64,000 nt of DNA. Source: an uncultured Pelagibacteraceae bacterium (GTDB lineage: Bacteria; Pseudomonadota; Alphaproteobacteria; Pelagibacterales; Pelagibacteraceae). Positions 49,208 to 59,757 of this stretch are shown piece by piece. Location of the stretch: assembly GCA_902589155.1 (NCBI GenBank), contig CACIRV010000001.1, positions 95,815-159,814 of the forward strand. Direction: 5' to 3'. The position numbers and the translations under genes are program-made. Each line of letters opens with the position of its first letter. The first letter of the stretch is position 1. The notes beneath the pieces were generated by a model. It searched no databases. It was not told the DNA's origin and saw nothing but the letters and a program-made list of their open reading frames with translations.

Positions 49208-50398
49208 TTATTTTAAAACATTGAGGCCGGGCAAGTCTTTTCCTTCAAGAAATTCTAAAAATGCACCACCTGCTGTTGATAAGTGTGTAAAAGCAAATTT
49301 ATCGGTACTTTTATTGATTGCTGAAATAGTATCTCCTCCGCCTAGAATTGATATAAGAGATTTTCTAGTAGTACTTTCAGAAATTTTCTTAGCTATTGCC
49401 AAGGTTCCAGTTGAAAAATTCTTATTTTCAAAATACCCTGCAGGACCATTCCATAGAACTGTATTAGATTGATCTATGATACCTTCAATAATTTTAATTG
49501 TTTTTGGTCCAATATCTAGAATTATTTCATCTTTATCAATCGAGTCTAATTCTTTTATTTTTCCTGAGCCCTCAAAATCAGTTGAGACATTGCAGTCTTC
49601 AGGAACAAAAATATCACAATTATTTCTCTTTGCTTCTGCATATATACTGTCAATTATTTTTTCAGAGTCTTTTTCTATAAGTGACTTCCCAACTGTAAAA
49701 CCCTTGAAGGATAAAAAATTATTAGCCATAGCTCCAACAATAACAATATTATTTACGTTTTTTATTAAATTAGTAATTACATTAATTTTTGTAGAAATTT
49801 TTGATCCCCCAATAATACAGGTAACTGGTTCTTTTTTATTTTGAATAATTGAACTTATTGCCCTCACTTCTGTTTTTAAAAGGGGTCCCGCATAAGACTC
49901 TTTGATATACTTTGTAATTTTATGAATAGAAGCTTGAGCTCTGTGACAACAAGAAAAAGCATCATTAACGTAAATATGGCCAAGCGAAGCAAGTTTTTTA
50001 GCAAAATTATCTTCATTTTCGCTTTCTTCTTTAAAAAATCTAATATTTTCTAATAAAATAACTTCTCCCTCTTTTAAATATGAAAATTTACTTTTTGTCT
50101 CTTCATTAATATCCCCCATGAAGAAGTATACGTTTGTTTGAAGTTGTTCTTTTAAAAATTTATATATTGGTGTAAGAGATAATTCATTAATCTTTTCACC
50201 TTTTGGTCTTCCTAGATGGCTTATAATAATTATCTTGGCTTTTTTTTTTATTAAATTTTTTAAAAAAGGCAAACTACTTAAAATTCTGCTATTGTCCAAA
50301 ATCTTTTTTTCATTTAAAGGAACATTTAAATCAAGTCTAAGAATTACAGTTTTATTTTGAACATCCATATCTTCAGGAAAATATTTTATTTTACTCAT
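49208..50398 (-). CDS. pgk: Phosphoglycerate kinase
   Basis: RLDLNVP, SHLGRP, LENIRF, NDAFS..HR, WNGP, GGGDT, STAGGAFLE. Confidence 0.96.
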   Translation of the reverse strand: MSKIKYFPEDMDVQNKTVILRLDLNVPLNEKKILDNSRILSSLPFLKNLIKKKAKIIIISHLGRPKGEKINELSLTPIYKFLKEQLQTNVYFFMGDINEETKSKFSYLKEGEVILLENIRFFKEESENEDNFAKKLASLGHIYVNDAFSCCHRAQASIHKITKYIKESYAGPLLKTEVRAISSIIQNKKEPVTCIIGGSKISTKINVITNLIKNVNNIVIVGAMANNFLSFKGFTVGKSLIEKDSEKIIDSIYAEAKRNNCDIFVPEDCNVSTDFEGSGKIKELDSIDKDEIILDIGPKTIKIIEGIIDQSNTVLWNGPAGYFENKNFSTGTLAIAKKISESTTRKSLISILGGGDTISAINKSTDKFAFTHLSTAGGAFLEFLEGKDLPGLNVLK

Positions 50399-50409
50399 TT
50401 GAATCGAGG

Positions 50410-52392
50410 CTATCTTCTAAGTTTTTCTTGAATTGCAAGTGTTATTTTTTCCGCCGATAAATTTAGATGTTCGTATACTTTTTTATAAGGAGCGCTTTCG
50501 CCAAATCTATCAATACCAAAAGTCATACCTCTATCCCCTAAATATTTTTTCCATGAAGAAACATTTCCCGCTTCAATTGTAACAATCAATGAGTCTTTAT
50601 CTAGAATATCACTTTTAAAATCATCAGACTGTTTATCAAAAAGCTCTTGGCAGGGCATTGAAACTACTTTGGATTCAATATTTTGTTTTTTTAATAAATT
50701 ATGCACCTCTAAAGCTATTTCTACTTCTGATCCAGAAGATACTAATGTAACTTTGTTATCATGAGAATCTAACTTGACTATGTAAGCTCCAGTTTCACAT
50801 TTATTCTTTTCAGAAAATTTAGGATTAATGTAAGGTAATTTTTGCCTTGATAGAGCAATTGCACTAGGAGTATTTTTACTTTTTAAAGCTATTTCCCAAC
50901 ATTCAAGAGTTTCATTTATATCAGCAGGACGAAACACGTTAAGATTTGGTATCGCCCTTAAACCATCTAGTTGTTCTATAGGCTGATGTGTTGGTCCGTC
51001 TTCACCTAGCCCAATAGAGTCATGAGAGAAAATATAAATTACTTTCAAACCCATTAAAGCCGAAAGTCTTATTGATGGCTTGCAATAATCAGAAAAAATT
51101 AAAAAAGTTCCGCCGTAAGGAATTAATCCACTGTATAACGCTAATCCGTTCATAATAGAAGCCATCCCATGTTCTCTGACACCGTAATGAATGTAGTTTC
51201 CATCAAAACTTTTTGCATTAATTACTTTAGAGTTATTTGTTTTGGTGTTGTTTGATCCGCTAAGATCAGCAGAACCACCAATTAATTGAGGCAAGATACT
51301 TGAAATGCTTTCTATAGCAACAGATGAACACTGTCTAGTTGCTAAGCTCGGCTGTGACTCAAAATATTTTATTTTTTCTTTTTTAATTAAATTTTCAAGA
51401 TCTTTTAGATTTGACTCTATATAAATATTTTGAAACGCATTTTTAATATCAGAACTTTTTTTGTCTAATATTTCTTGCCATTTATCTTCTAATTTAGTTC
51501 CTTTTTCACCAATTTCTTTCCAAGCTTTTAAAATTTCTCCGGGTATTTCAAATGGCTCACTATTCCATTTAAGTTTTTTTCGAACTAAGGCAATTTCTTC
51601 ATCACCTAGGGGTGACCCATGCGATGAAGCTTTTCCAGATTTATTTGGAGACCCAAATCCAATTATCGTTTTGCAAGATATTATAGTAGGTTTATTTGAT
51701 TTAGAAGCCTTGGTTATTGCACTTGAGATTTGTTTTTCATTATGACCATTAATTTCCAAAAAGTTCCATCCATATCCCTCAAATCTTTTTTTATAATTAT
51801 CAGAAACACTTAATGAGGTAGAACCATCAATTGAGATCTTATTATTATCAAAAAAAACTATTAAGTTTTTAAGTTTCAGATGGCCTGCTAAACTCATTAC
51901 TTCATGACTGACTCCCTCCATTAAATCTCCGTCACTTGCTATTACATATGTTTTATTATTAATTAAAGTTGGTCCAAATTTTTTTCTTAATATTTCTTCA
52001 GCAATTCCCATTCCAACCGCATTACCAAGACCTTGACCTAAAGGACCAGTAGTAGTTTCAATTCCAGTACCTCTTTTGTATTCTGGATGGCCTGCACAAA
52101 TAGAATTTAACTGTCTAAAGTTTTTGATGTCGTCAATTGAAATACTTTTGTATCCAGTTAAGTAAAGTAATGAATATAAAAGCATGGAACCATGACCTGC
52201 AGATAAAATAAATCTGTCTCTATTAATCCAGTTAGGATTTTTTGGGTTAAACCTCAGGTGGTATTTAAATAAAACTGTAGCAACGTCCGCCATGCCCATC
52301 GGCATTCCTGGATGACCAGAATTTGCTTTTTGGACCGCATCGATCGATAAAAATCTTATTGCGTTTGATAGTTGATTAAATTTTACGTTCAC
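50410..52392 (-). CDS. tkt: Transketolase
   Basis: SGHPG, GHPE, TTGPLGQG, DGDLMEG, GVREHGM, GEDGPTHQP; GTG start. Confidence 0.96.
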   Translation of the reverse strand: MNVKFNQLSNAIRFLSIDAVQKANSGHPGMPMGMADVATVLFKYHLRFNPKNPNWINRDRFILSAGHGSMLLYSLLYLTGYKSISIDDIKNFRQLNSICAGHPEYKRGTGIETTTGPLGQGLGNAVGMGIAEEILRKKFGPTLINNKTYVIASDGDLMEGVSHEVMSLAGHLKLKNLIVFFDNNKISIDGSTSLSVSDNYKKRFEGYGWNFLEINGHNEKQISSAITKASKSNKPTIISCKTIIGFGSPNKSGKASSHGSPLGDEEIALVRKKLKWNSEPFEIPGEILKAWKEIGEKGTKLEDKWQEILDKKSSDIKNAFQNIYIESNLKDLENLIKKEKIKYFESQPSLATRQCSSVAIESISSILPQLIGGSADLSGSNNTKTNNSKVINAKSFDGNYIHYGVREHGMASIMNGLALYSGLIPYGGTFLIFSDYCKPSIRLSALMGLKVIYIFSHDSIGLGEDGPTHQPIEQLDGLRAIPNLNVFRPADINETLECWEIALKSKNTPSAIALSRQKLPYINPKFSEKNKCETGAYIVKLDSHDNKVTLVSSGSEVEIALEVHNLLKKQNIESKVVSMPCQELFDKQSDDFKSDILDKDSLIVTIEAGNVSSWKKYLGDRGMTFGIDRFGESAPYKKVYEHLNLSAEKITLAIQEKLRR

Positions 52393-52453
52393 AGTTAAAT
52401 TACCTATATAGACTTAAACTAAGTATATCAATAATATGATATAAATAAAACAA

Positions 52454-52777
52454 ATGAGTATTTTTGAAAAAAAAGAAAAAAATTTAAACGAGTTAATTAA
52501 TAAGTTAGATGTTTTAACTTCAACTTATTCACAGTCCACGTATGAGTCGGAAAAAATAAAAACTGAAAAAAATGAGATACTTAGACAAAAATCAGAGATT
52601 GAAAAAAAAAATCAAGAATTAATGAGAGAACATAAATATTTAAAGGAAAAAATAGAGAGTCTTCAAAAAGAGGTTAATAAGCAGTCGGTTATAGAAGACA
52701 AATTTAATCAAGATATTGAAGAATTAAGTCAAGAAACTGAAAATTTAGTGAGTGAAATTGAAAAATGGCAAACGTAA
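52454..52777 (+). CDS. Coiled-coil protein upstream of zapA (ZapB-like by position)
   Basis: Heptad-rich E/K/L sequence; overlaps the zapA start. Confidence 0.65.
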   Translation: MSIFEKKEKNLNELINKLDVLTSTYSQSTYESEKIKTEKNEILRQKSEIEKKNQELMREHKYLKEKIESLQKEVNKQSVIEDKFNQDIEELSQETENLVSEIEKWQT

Positions 52778-53211
52778 ATATCAAATTTAACAATAAAGAT
52801 TATCTTTTATCTTGTGATGATGGACAGGAAGAATCATTAAAAAGCTTAACCAAGTTTCTTGATAAAAAATACAGCGAATTGAAAGATAAATTAGGAAATA
52901 TTGGAGAAAATAAACTTTTGTTAATTACTACGATACAGTTAATTGATGATTATTTTGATTTAAAACAAAGAGTTACACAACAAAAAAAAAAATTAGATGA
53001 ATTAGCAAAAAAATTTCAAGAATTAAAAAAACTAGCAATTAAATATAAAGAAGGAAAGGATCAAGAAATAAATAAACTTAACAATAAACTAGACGACTTT
53101 AAAAAAACTGTTGATGAAAACAACAATCTTTACGAGTCCATGCTAGATAAAACTACGGAGTCTTTGGAAAAAATAATATTAAATACTGAATCAATTTCTA
53201 AAGTTCAGTAA
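52765..53211 (+). CDS. zapA: Cell division protein ZapA
   Basis: MANVNIKFNNKDY.LSCDDGQEE.L, IGE..LL; position between tkt and ygfA. Confidence 0.88.
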   Translation: MANVNIKFNNKDYLLSCDDGQEESLKSLTKFLDKKYSELKDKLGNIGENKLLLITTIQLIDDYFDLKQRVTQQKKKLDELAKKFQELKKLAIKYKEGKDQEINKLNNKLDDFKKTVDENNNLYESMLDKTTESLEKIILNTESISKVQ

Positions 53212-53766
53212 ATGCAAAATAAAGCTACATTAAGAAAAAAATATTTTATAGTAAGAAAAAAAAATTATTTCGATATTAATTCAGGTTTTTTTAATCCATT
53301 GCTTAAGTTAGTAAAAAAAAATTATACTAAAAAAATTATTAATATTTCTATTTATTACCCTTCATCTTTTGAAGCGAATGTTCTTAAATTATTTGAAGTA
53401 GAAATTATAAGAAAATTAAAGATATTACTGCCCGTGTTGAAAAAAAAAAATGAAATGCGATTTCATGAATGGAAAAGAAATAATGTTCTACAAATAAACA
53501 AGTTTGGCATGCTGGAGCCTGCGACGTTGTCAAAACACATCGTTCCGGATATTATGCTAGTTCCTTTACTAGCTTATGATAATCAAAACAATAGACTAGG
53601 CTATGGAGGAGGATTTTATGATCGTTACCTTAATAAATATTTAAAAACAAATAATAATATTTTAACAATTGGCATTGCTTTTTCATTTCAAAAATATCAT
53701 AAACTTCCAGTGTCTATTAAAGATGTAAAACTAAATTATATTTTGACAGAGAAAGGTATTTTTTAA
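53212..53766 (+). CDS. ygfA: 5-formyltetrahydrofolate cyclo-ligase
   Basis: FGMLEP, PDIMLVPLLAYD, RLGYGGGFYDR. Confidence 0.92.
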   Translation: MQNKATLRKKYFIVRKKNYFDINSGFFNPLLKLVKKNYTKKIINISIYYPSSFEANVLKLFEVEIIRKLKILLPVLKKKNEMRFHEWKRNNVLQINKFGMLEPATLSKHIVPDIMLVPLLAYDNQNNRLGYGGGFYDRYLNKYLKTNNNILTIGIAFSFQKYHKLPVSIKDVKLNYILTEKGIF

Positions 53767-53772
53767 TCTAAA

Positions 53773-54582
53773 ATGAATATTCTTATTCTAGGAGATGTTG
53801 TTGGTCCTGCTGGAGTGAAAGCTGTTAAAGAGAAATTGCCTAAAATTATTAAAGAAAAAAAAGTAGATTTCGTTATTTTAAATGGAGAAAATGCAGCTGA
53901 TTCCGGTCGCGGAATAACAAAAAAAATATTTGAAGAATTTTTAAAAGCCGGCGCTGATGTTGTAACCACAGGCAATCATGTTTGGGATCATAAAGATGCA
54001 GAAGATATTGCTTCTAAAAGTCAAAAATTTCTAAGACCTTTAAATCTACCTAAAGACTCACCAGGAAGTGGTGAAGGAATTTTTGAAAAAAACGGAAAAA
54101 AATTTATCGTACTTAATTTGATGGGAAACGTTTTCATGAAAAAATGTGATGATGTTTTTGTAGAAGCAAAAAAATTTATTGAGAGATTTAAATTAGGAAA
54201 TGGCAAGGCAGATTTTATCATTGTGGACATGCACGGTGAAATCACCAGTGAAAAGATGGCAATGGGATATCTCTTTGATGGTAAAGCCACAATGGTAGTT
54301 GGGACTCACACTCATGTCCCTACTTCAGACCATAGGATCATGGAAAAAGGTACTGCATATCAAACTGACCTTGGCATGAGTGGAGATTATAATTCTGTTA
54401 TTGGAATGAATAAAGACAATTCATTAAAAAAATTTTTAAAAGACTCTACAGCAGAAAATCATTTTCCTGCTTTAGGAGAAGCTACAATTTCTGGATTGTT
54501 GGTTACTGCTGATGACAAAACTGGTTTGGCAAAAAAAGTTCAGCCAATTATTCTAGGTGGATCTTTACAAGAAAGAGTCTAA
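53773..54582 (+). CDS. YmdB/TIGR00282 metallophosphoesterase
   Basis: GDVVG..G, NGEN, TTGNHVWD, DMHGE.TSEK, GTHTH. Confidence 0.92.
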   Translation: MNILILGDVVGPAGVKAVKEKLPKIIKEKKVDFVILNGENAADSGRGITKKIFEEFLKAGADVVTTGNHVWDHKDAEDIASKSQKFLRPLNLPKDSPGSGEGIFEKNGKKFIVLNLMGNVFMKKCDDVFVEAKKFIERFKLGNGKADFIIVDMHGEITSEKMAMGYLFDGKATMVVGTHTHVPTSDHRIMEKGTAYQTDLGMSGDYNSVIGMNKDNSLKKFLKDSTAENHFPALGEATISGLLVTADDKTGLAKKVQPIILGGSLQERV

Positions 54583-54584
54583 TA

Positions 54585-55316
54585 ATGGCTGGTCATTCTC
54601 ATTGGGCAGGAATTAAACACAAAAAAGGTCGAGCAGATAAAGAGAGGTCGAAAGTTTTTTCAAAGCTTTCAAGAGAAATCACAGTTGCAGCAAAGTTAGG
54701 TGACAAAGACCCCGATATGAATCCAAGATTAAGAACTGCCATTCAAGCTGCTAAGCAAGCGAATATGCCCAAAGACAATATTGTGCGTTCAATAAATAAG
54801 TCTGAAATGAGTGACGATAAAAATTATGAAAATTTAAGATATGAAGGTTTTGGACCATTTAATGTTGCTTTTATAATTGAAACATTAACAGATAACAAAA
54901 ATAGATCTGCATCAAGCATAAGAACAGTCTTGCAAAAAAATGGAGGAAGGCTAGGAGAGTCTGGTTCGACTACCCATTTATTTTATAATTGTGGAGTTAT
55001 CCATATAGATAAAAAAAAATATAGCGAAGAAGAGGTTTTTGAAATGGCTTCAAATTTTGGAGCCAAAGACTGTTTCAATTTTGATAATTATCATGAAATA
55101 ATCTCTCAAAAAGAGGATTTTTATAAAGTTAAAAGTGAATTTGAAAAGAAATTAGATAACTTCGAATACTCTGGTATAGAATGGAGACCTTTTAGTTATT
55201 TAGATTTAAGTAAAGAACAAAGTAAAAAAATTGTAGAAATATTGGAGTTTTTAGAGGAATTGGATGACGTTCAAAACACTTATACAAATGCTAATCTGGA
55301 TAAAATTAAATTATGA
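54585..55316 (+). CDS. yebC: YebC/PmpR family protein
   Basis: MAGHSHWAGIKHKKG, NPRLR, YEGFGP, TDNKNR, LDDVQ. Confidence 0.95.
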   Translation: MAGHSHWAGIKHKKGRADKERSKVFSKLSREITVAAKLGDKDPDMNPRLRTAIQAAKQANMPKDNIVRSINKSEMSDDKNYENLRYEGFGPFNVAFIIETLTDNKNRSASSIRTVLQKNGGRLGESGSTTHLFYNCGVIHIDKKKYSEEEVFEMASNFGAKDCFNFDNYHEIISQKEDFYKVKSEFEKKLDNFEYSGIEWRPFSYLDLSKEQSKKIVEILEFLEELDDVQNTYTNANLDKIKL

Positions 55317-55804
55317 AAATTATAGGAATTGACCCTGGTTTAAGTGGAGCGATAGCTATTTTAGAAAATAATAAAGTATTAAATATTTTTGAAATTCCAG
55401 TTATGTCAGAAGGGAAAAAAAATAAAAGGCAACTTAATAGCGCTCAATTAGTAAAATTACTGAAAGATAATATTTCAGAAAAAGATGAAGTATCTGTGGT
55501 TGTTGAACAGGTAAATGCAATGCCGGGACAGGGCGTTACCAGCATGTTTAATTTTGGTCAAACTTTTGGAGCAATTAAAGGAGTATGTGCAGCACTAGGT
55601 TTACCTATTTTTTTTGTAAGACCATCAAAGTGGAAAAAACATTTTGAGTTGATCAATTCATCAAAAGACTCAAGCAGAACAAAAGCAATAGAGATGTATC
55701 CCTCTTTGTCTAATGATCTAGCTAGAAAAAAAGATGTAAATAAATCGGATGCTATTTTAATAGCAAGGTTTTACAGTGAGACCAGATTAAATGAAGATAA
55801 TTAA
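55313..55804 (+). CDS. Holliday junction resolvase, RuvC fold, MOC1/phage-like subtype
   Basis: IGIDPGLSGAIA, VVEQV.AMPGQGVTSMF.FG, WKKHF.L...KD.SR..A..YP, RKKD..KSDAILIA. Confidence 0.8.
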   Translation: MKIIGIDPGLSGAIAILENNKVLNIFEIPVMSEGKKNKRQLNSAQLVKLLKDNISEKDEVSVVVEQVNAMPGQGVTSMFNFGQTFGAIKGVCAALGLPIFFVRPSKWKKHFELINSSKDSSRTKAIEMYPSLSNDLARKKDVNKSDAILIARFYSETRLNEDN

Positions 55805-55873
55805 ATAAATTAATCGTATATTTAACTTTAAAAGCGCCAAATTCATGACACATTCTGAAAGTAATTAACTTCA

Positions 55874-56554
55874 ATGGAACAAGAAATAGCAGCTCAAGTC
55901 GTAGGTCTAGGAGGAAGCTCAGATTTTTCATTATGGCAACTTTTTTTACGTGCTGATTTTGTTGTTAAATTTGTTATTATTCTTTTAATAGCTAGTTCTA
56001 TTTTCTCATGGGCGCTAATATTTGATAAATCTAGATTATTCAAAAAAATCAATGCCTCAACAGAAGATTTTGAAAAAAAATTTTGGAAAGCAAAATCTGC
56101 AGAAAGTTTTAATAATAACCTCCCTACCAATTCAAAAGATCCAGCGACAATTATTTTTAAGACTGCAATGAATGAAGTCATGAGGACAAAAAGACAATCC
56201 TCTGCAGTTCAAGCAGCAAGAGTTGAAAGGATTTTAGAAATAGCTACAGATAATGAAATTAAAAAGATCGAAAAAAATTTCACTTATCTAGCTACAGTAG
56301 GTTCTACTGCTCCATTTGTAGGTTTGTTCGGAACGGTGTGGGGAATAATGAATTCTTTTCAATCAATTGCTATTTCAAGAAATACAAGTTTAGCAATAGT
56401 AGCACCTGGTATTGCCGAGGCTTTATTTGCTACAGCCCTTGGTTTATTAGCAGCAATCCCAGCAGTAGTTGCTTATAATAAATTTAATAGTGATTCTAAG
56501 AGATATATTTCAAAAATAGATAACTTTTCAAAAAGATTTTTATCAATTATATAA
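55874..56554 (+). CDS. tolQ: TolQ
   Basis: GSTAPFVGLFGTVWGIM, VAPGIAEALFATA.GL.AAIPA. Confidence 0.95.
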   Translation: MEQEIAAQVVGLGGSSDFSLWQLFLRADFVVKFVIILLIASSIFSWALIFDKSRLFKKINASTEDFEKKFWKAKSAESFNNNLPTNSKDPATIIFKTAMNEVMRTKRQSSAVQAARVERILEIATDNEIKKIEKNFTYLATVGSTAPFVGLFGTVWGIMNSFQSIAISRNTSLAIVAPGIAEALFATALGLLAAIPAVVAYNKFNSDSKRYISKIDNFSKRFLSII

Positions 56555-56557
56555 AAA

Positions 56558-56971
56558 ATGGCTTTTAAATTTAATCGCTCAAGAAACGAACCCATGAGTG
56601 AAATTAACGTAACGCCATTCGTTGACGTTATGTTAGTTTTATTGATTATTTTCATGGTAACGGCTCCACTTTTAACTGTAGGAGTTCAAGTTGATTTACC
56701 CGAGTCTGCTGCAGACTCTTTGCCAGATGACCAAGAACCACTAACTATATCTATCAATTCAAAAGGTGAAATTTATATTCAAGAACATAAAGTTAATTAT
56801 CAAAAAATTGTTCCAAAACTTTTAGCTATTGCAAAAAATAGAACAGATACAAGAATTTATGTACGAGGGGATAAGACCATAAATTATGGTAGAGTTTTAG
56901 AAGTTATGGGAACATTGTCTGGAGCAGGTTTTTCAAAAGTTGCATTAATATCTGAGCCATACAAAAATTAG
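56558..56971 (+). CDS. tolR: TolR
   Basis: EINVTPFVDVMLVLLIIFMVTAP, RGD. Confidence 0.95.
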   Translation: MAFKFNRSRNEPMSEINVTPFVDVMLVLLIIFMVTAPLLTVGVQVDLPESAADSLPDDQEPLTISINSKGEIYIQEHKVNYQKIVPKLLAIAKNRTDTRIYVRGDKTINYGRVLEVMGTLSGAGFSKVALISEPYKN

Positions 56972-56978
56972 ATGAAAT

Positions 56979-57785
56979 ATGACAAAAAGTTTAATTTATT
57001 CTCTAATATTTCATTCGATGATGATTTTATTAACCGTCTTAACCTTGCCATTTATGATTAGACAGCCAATAGATTTACCTCCAATAGTCTCTGTAGAGTT
57101 AATTCAAATTTCAGACAAAACTAATATTCCATTTGCCCCTAAAGCTAGAAAGATTATTAAAGAAACTAAAGAGAAAGAAGAAAGAGTAGTATCAGAACAA
57201 GCCCCACCCGCTGCAAAAGCTAAAGAAAAACCTGATAGAATTCCTTTGCCAGATGAAAAAAAAGAAAAAAAACAAATAGTTAAAAAAAAGCAAAATCCTG
57301 AGGAGATAGAACCTCAAATAAGACAGTCTTCAGAATTTGAAAAAAAAGAGATTATAGACACAAATCAAATAGCAGCTCTAATAGATAAAGCAAAAGAAGA
57401 AGAAGCTGTAAAAAAAAATAAAACAGATAAATTAACTCAGAGCAGTGTTAAGAATTCTTTTGCTACAGGACTAACATTATCGGAAGAAGATGCTCTTAGA
57501 GCCCAGATATTTGGTTGTTGGAGCGTTCCTCTTGGTTTACCATATGATGAAGATTTATTAGTTAGGATAAAACTAAAATTAAAAAAAGATGGAACAATTA
57601 TGAAATCTGAAATTTTAGATCATCAAAGAATGAATAGACCTGGACAAAAATTCTATAAGGTTTTGGCAGAAAGTGCTTTAAGAGCAGTAAGATTATGTCA
57701 ACCTCTAAAGGTTCCACCTACTGGATACGATAAATGGAAAGATATACAATTAAATTTTAATCCAGCAGAAATGTTAAAAGGGTAA
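56979..57785 (+). CDS. tolA: TolA
   Basis: N-terminal TM with H, charged linker, C-terminal QI..CW..P...A.RAV..C.P. Confidence 0.85.
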   Translation: MTKSLIYSLIFHSMMILLTVLTLPFMIRQPIDLPPIVSVELIQISDKTNIPFAPKARKIIKETKEKEERVVSEQAPPAAKAKEKPDRIPLPDEKKEKKQIVKKKQNPEEIEPQIRQSSEFEKKEIIDTNQIAALIDKAKEEEAVKKNKTDKLTQSSVKNSFATGLTLSEEDALRAQIFGCWSVPLGLPYDEDLLVRIKLKLKKDGTIMKSEILDHQRMNRPGQKFYKVLAESALRAVRLCQPLKVPPTGYDKWKDIQLNFNPAEMLKG

Positions 57786-57786
57786 T

Positions 57787-59124
57787 ATGAAAAGATTTTT
57801 TTTAGCCATAGCGATATACTTTCTTTCTTACAACCCCTTATATGCTTTAATAGAAGTAGATATTACTAGAGGTAACCTAGACCCTTTGCCAATTGCAGTT
57901 TCACCTCTACATGTTGATATAAAATCTGTTGAACATGAAGGTATAAAAGTCAAAGAATTAGGTAATAATATTTCTTCAATTATTGAAAAAAATTTTAAAA
58001 ATACAGGTTTATTTAATCCATTGAAAAAAGAAGCTTTTGTACAAAAACCTGATATTGCACATTTAAAACCACGCTTCGAAGACTGGAGGCTAATTAAGGC
58101 CCAGGCGTTAGTTACTGGAAAATTATTAGTTAAAGATGGAAAATTAAAAGTTGAATTTAGACTTTGGGATTTAACAGCAGCTAAAGAAATGACAGCCTTA
58201 GCTTTCACCACAACACCTTCTAATTGGAGAAGAGTTGCTCATATAATATCTGATAAAATATATGAACGTTTAACAGGTGAAGAGGGATACTTTGATACAA
58301 GAATAATTTATGTTTCAGAAAGTGGTCCAAAAAGTGAAAGAATTAAGAAATTAGCTATTATGGATCAAGATGGTGCGAATACAAAATATTTAACCTTAGG
58401 AAATGAATTAGTATTAACTCCAAGATTTAATCCAACAAATCAAATGATTACTTATCTTTCTTATTTTAGAAATATGCCGAGAGTTTATTTGCTTGATATA
58501 GAAACAGGTATGCAAGAAGTTGTTGGAAATTTTCCAGGCATGACATTTGCACCTAGATTTTCTCCAGACGGAAAAAAGATAATAATGAGTTTTGCTGAAG
58601 ATGGAAATTCAGACATTTATACAATGGATTTAGAAACTAGGTTAGTTGAGAGGATAACCAATCATTCATCTATTGACACTTCTCCATCTTTTTCACCAGA
58701 CGGAAAATATATTGCTTTTAATTCTGACCGAAGCGGTCTTCAACAACTTTATGTCATGAGAAGCGATGGTAGCAATGTGAAAAGAATCACTTTTGGAAAA
58801 GGAATTTATGGAACCCCAGTATGGTCTCCTAGGGGTGATTTAATAGCTTTTACAAAAATGCGAAAAGGAAGATTTTATATTGGAGTGATGAGAACAGATG
58901 GCTCAGGAGAAAGATTGCTAACAGAAAATTATTATCAAGAGGCTCCTTCTTGGTCACCAAATGGAAGAGTTTTAGTTTTCTATAGAGAGACTAAAGCAGG
59001 TTCTAAAGGAGAGGGTTTTACAGCAACGCTCTGGTCTATAGACATCACAGGCTATAACGAGAGAAAGCTAAGCACGAAAACGGACGCTTCCGACCCATCT
59101 TGGTCTTCTTTGTTATCAAAGTGA
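57787..59124 (+). CDS. tolB: TolB
   Basis: Signal peptide, PIAV, AH..SD..Y..LTG..G.F.TRI, PD40 repeats (P.FSPDG). Confidence 0.95.
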   Translation: MKRFFLAIAIYFLSYNPLYALIEVDITRGNLDPLPIAVSPLHVDIKSVEHEGIKVKELGNNISSIIEKNFKNTGLFNPLKKEAFVQKPDIAHLKPRFEDWRLIKAQALVTGKLLVKDGKLKVEFRLWDLTAAKEMTALAFTTTPSNWRRVAHIISDKIYERLTGEEGYFDTRIIYVSESGPKSERIKKLAIMDQDGANTKYLTLGNELVLTPRFNPTNQMITYLSYFRNMPRVYLLDIETGMQEVVGNFPGMTFAPRFSPDGKKIIMSFAEDGNSDIYTMDLETRLVERITNHSSIDTSPSFSPDGKYIAFNSDRSGLQQLYVMRSDGSNVKRITFGKGIYGTPVWSPRGDLIAFTKMRKGRFYIGVMRTDGSGERLLTENYYQEAPSWSPNGRVLVFYRETKAGSKGEGFTATLWSIDITGYNERKLSTKTDASDPSWSSLLSK

Positions 59125-59201
59125 GGGTATTTTTTGTGTAATTTAAGCTTGAATAATGTTTAATAATTTGAAATATTTCAACAAATAACCCAGGGGAAAA
59201 A

Positions 59202-59675
59202 ATGATACTTAATACGAATTTAAAAAATATATTTTTGGTAGTCTTTACAACGTTAATTCTAAGCGCTTGTTCAACGGCTAAAAAATCTGGATTGGATGGT
59301 GACGTATATACTGGAAAAGAAACAGTAAAATATTTAGCCAGCGGTGTTCCAGACAGAGTATTTTTTGCGACAAACAAATCTTCATTAACAACTGCATCAA
59401 GAGCAACTCTTAGAAAGCAAGCAACTTATTTGAGAAAAAATAAAAAGCTTAATGTTACAATAGAAGGCCATGCTGACGAAAGAGGTACTAGAGAATATAA
59501 CTTAGCTTTAGGTGAGAGAAGAGCAAACGCTGCTAAAGATTATTTAATGACTTACGGAATATCAGGAAAAAGAATTTCTACAATTAGCTATGGAAAGGAA
59601 AAACCTGTTAATCCTGGATCTAGCGCTTTAGCTTGGTCTCAAAACAGAAGAGCAGTTACAGTAAAAGTAAATTAA
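59202..59675 (+). CDS. pal: Peptidoglycan-associated lipoprotein Pal
   Basis: Lipobox LSAC; EGHADERGTREYNLALGERRA, SYGKEKP, NRR. Confidence 0.96.
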   Translation: MILNTNLKNIFLVVFTTLILSACSTAKKSGLDGDVYTGKETVKYLASGVPDRVFFATNKSSLTTASRATLRKQATYLRKNKKLNVTIEGHADERGTREYNLALGERRANAAKDYLMTYGISGKRISTISYGKEKPVNPGSSALAWSQNRRAVTVKVN

Positions 59676-59689
59676 TTTTCTTTAAAATT

Positions 59690-59730
59690 AAGACCCTTTA
59701 ATAAATACACTATTAAAGGGTCTTTTTTTT
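59690..59730 (+). terminator. Rho-independent terminator after pal
   Basis: Perfect 14-bp stem AAGACCCTTTAATA / TATTAAAGGGTCTT with a 7-nt loop, followed by a T run. Confidence 0.85.
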
Positions 59731-59757
59731 GCCATTTTGTATATTTAAAGATTCTGC

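Noticed and set aside
55805-55830. CtrA-like TTAA-N7-TTAA box upstream of tolQ
   Set aside because: Spacing is off by one, and TTAA is too frequent in this background to be meaningful
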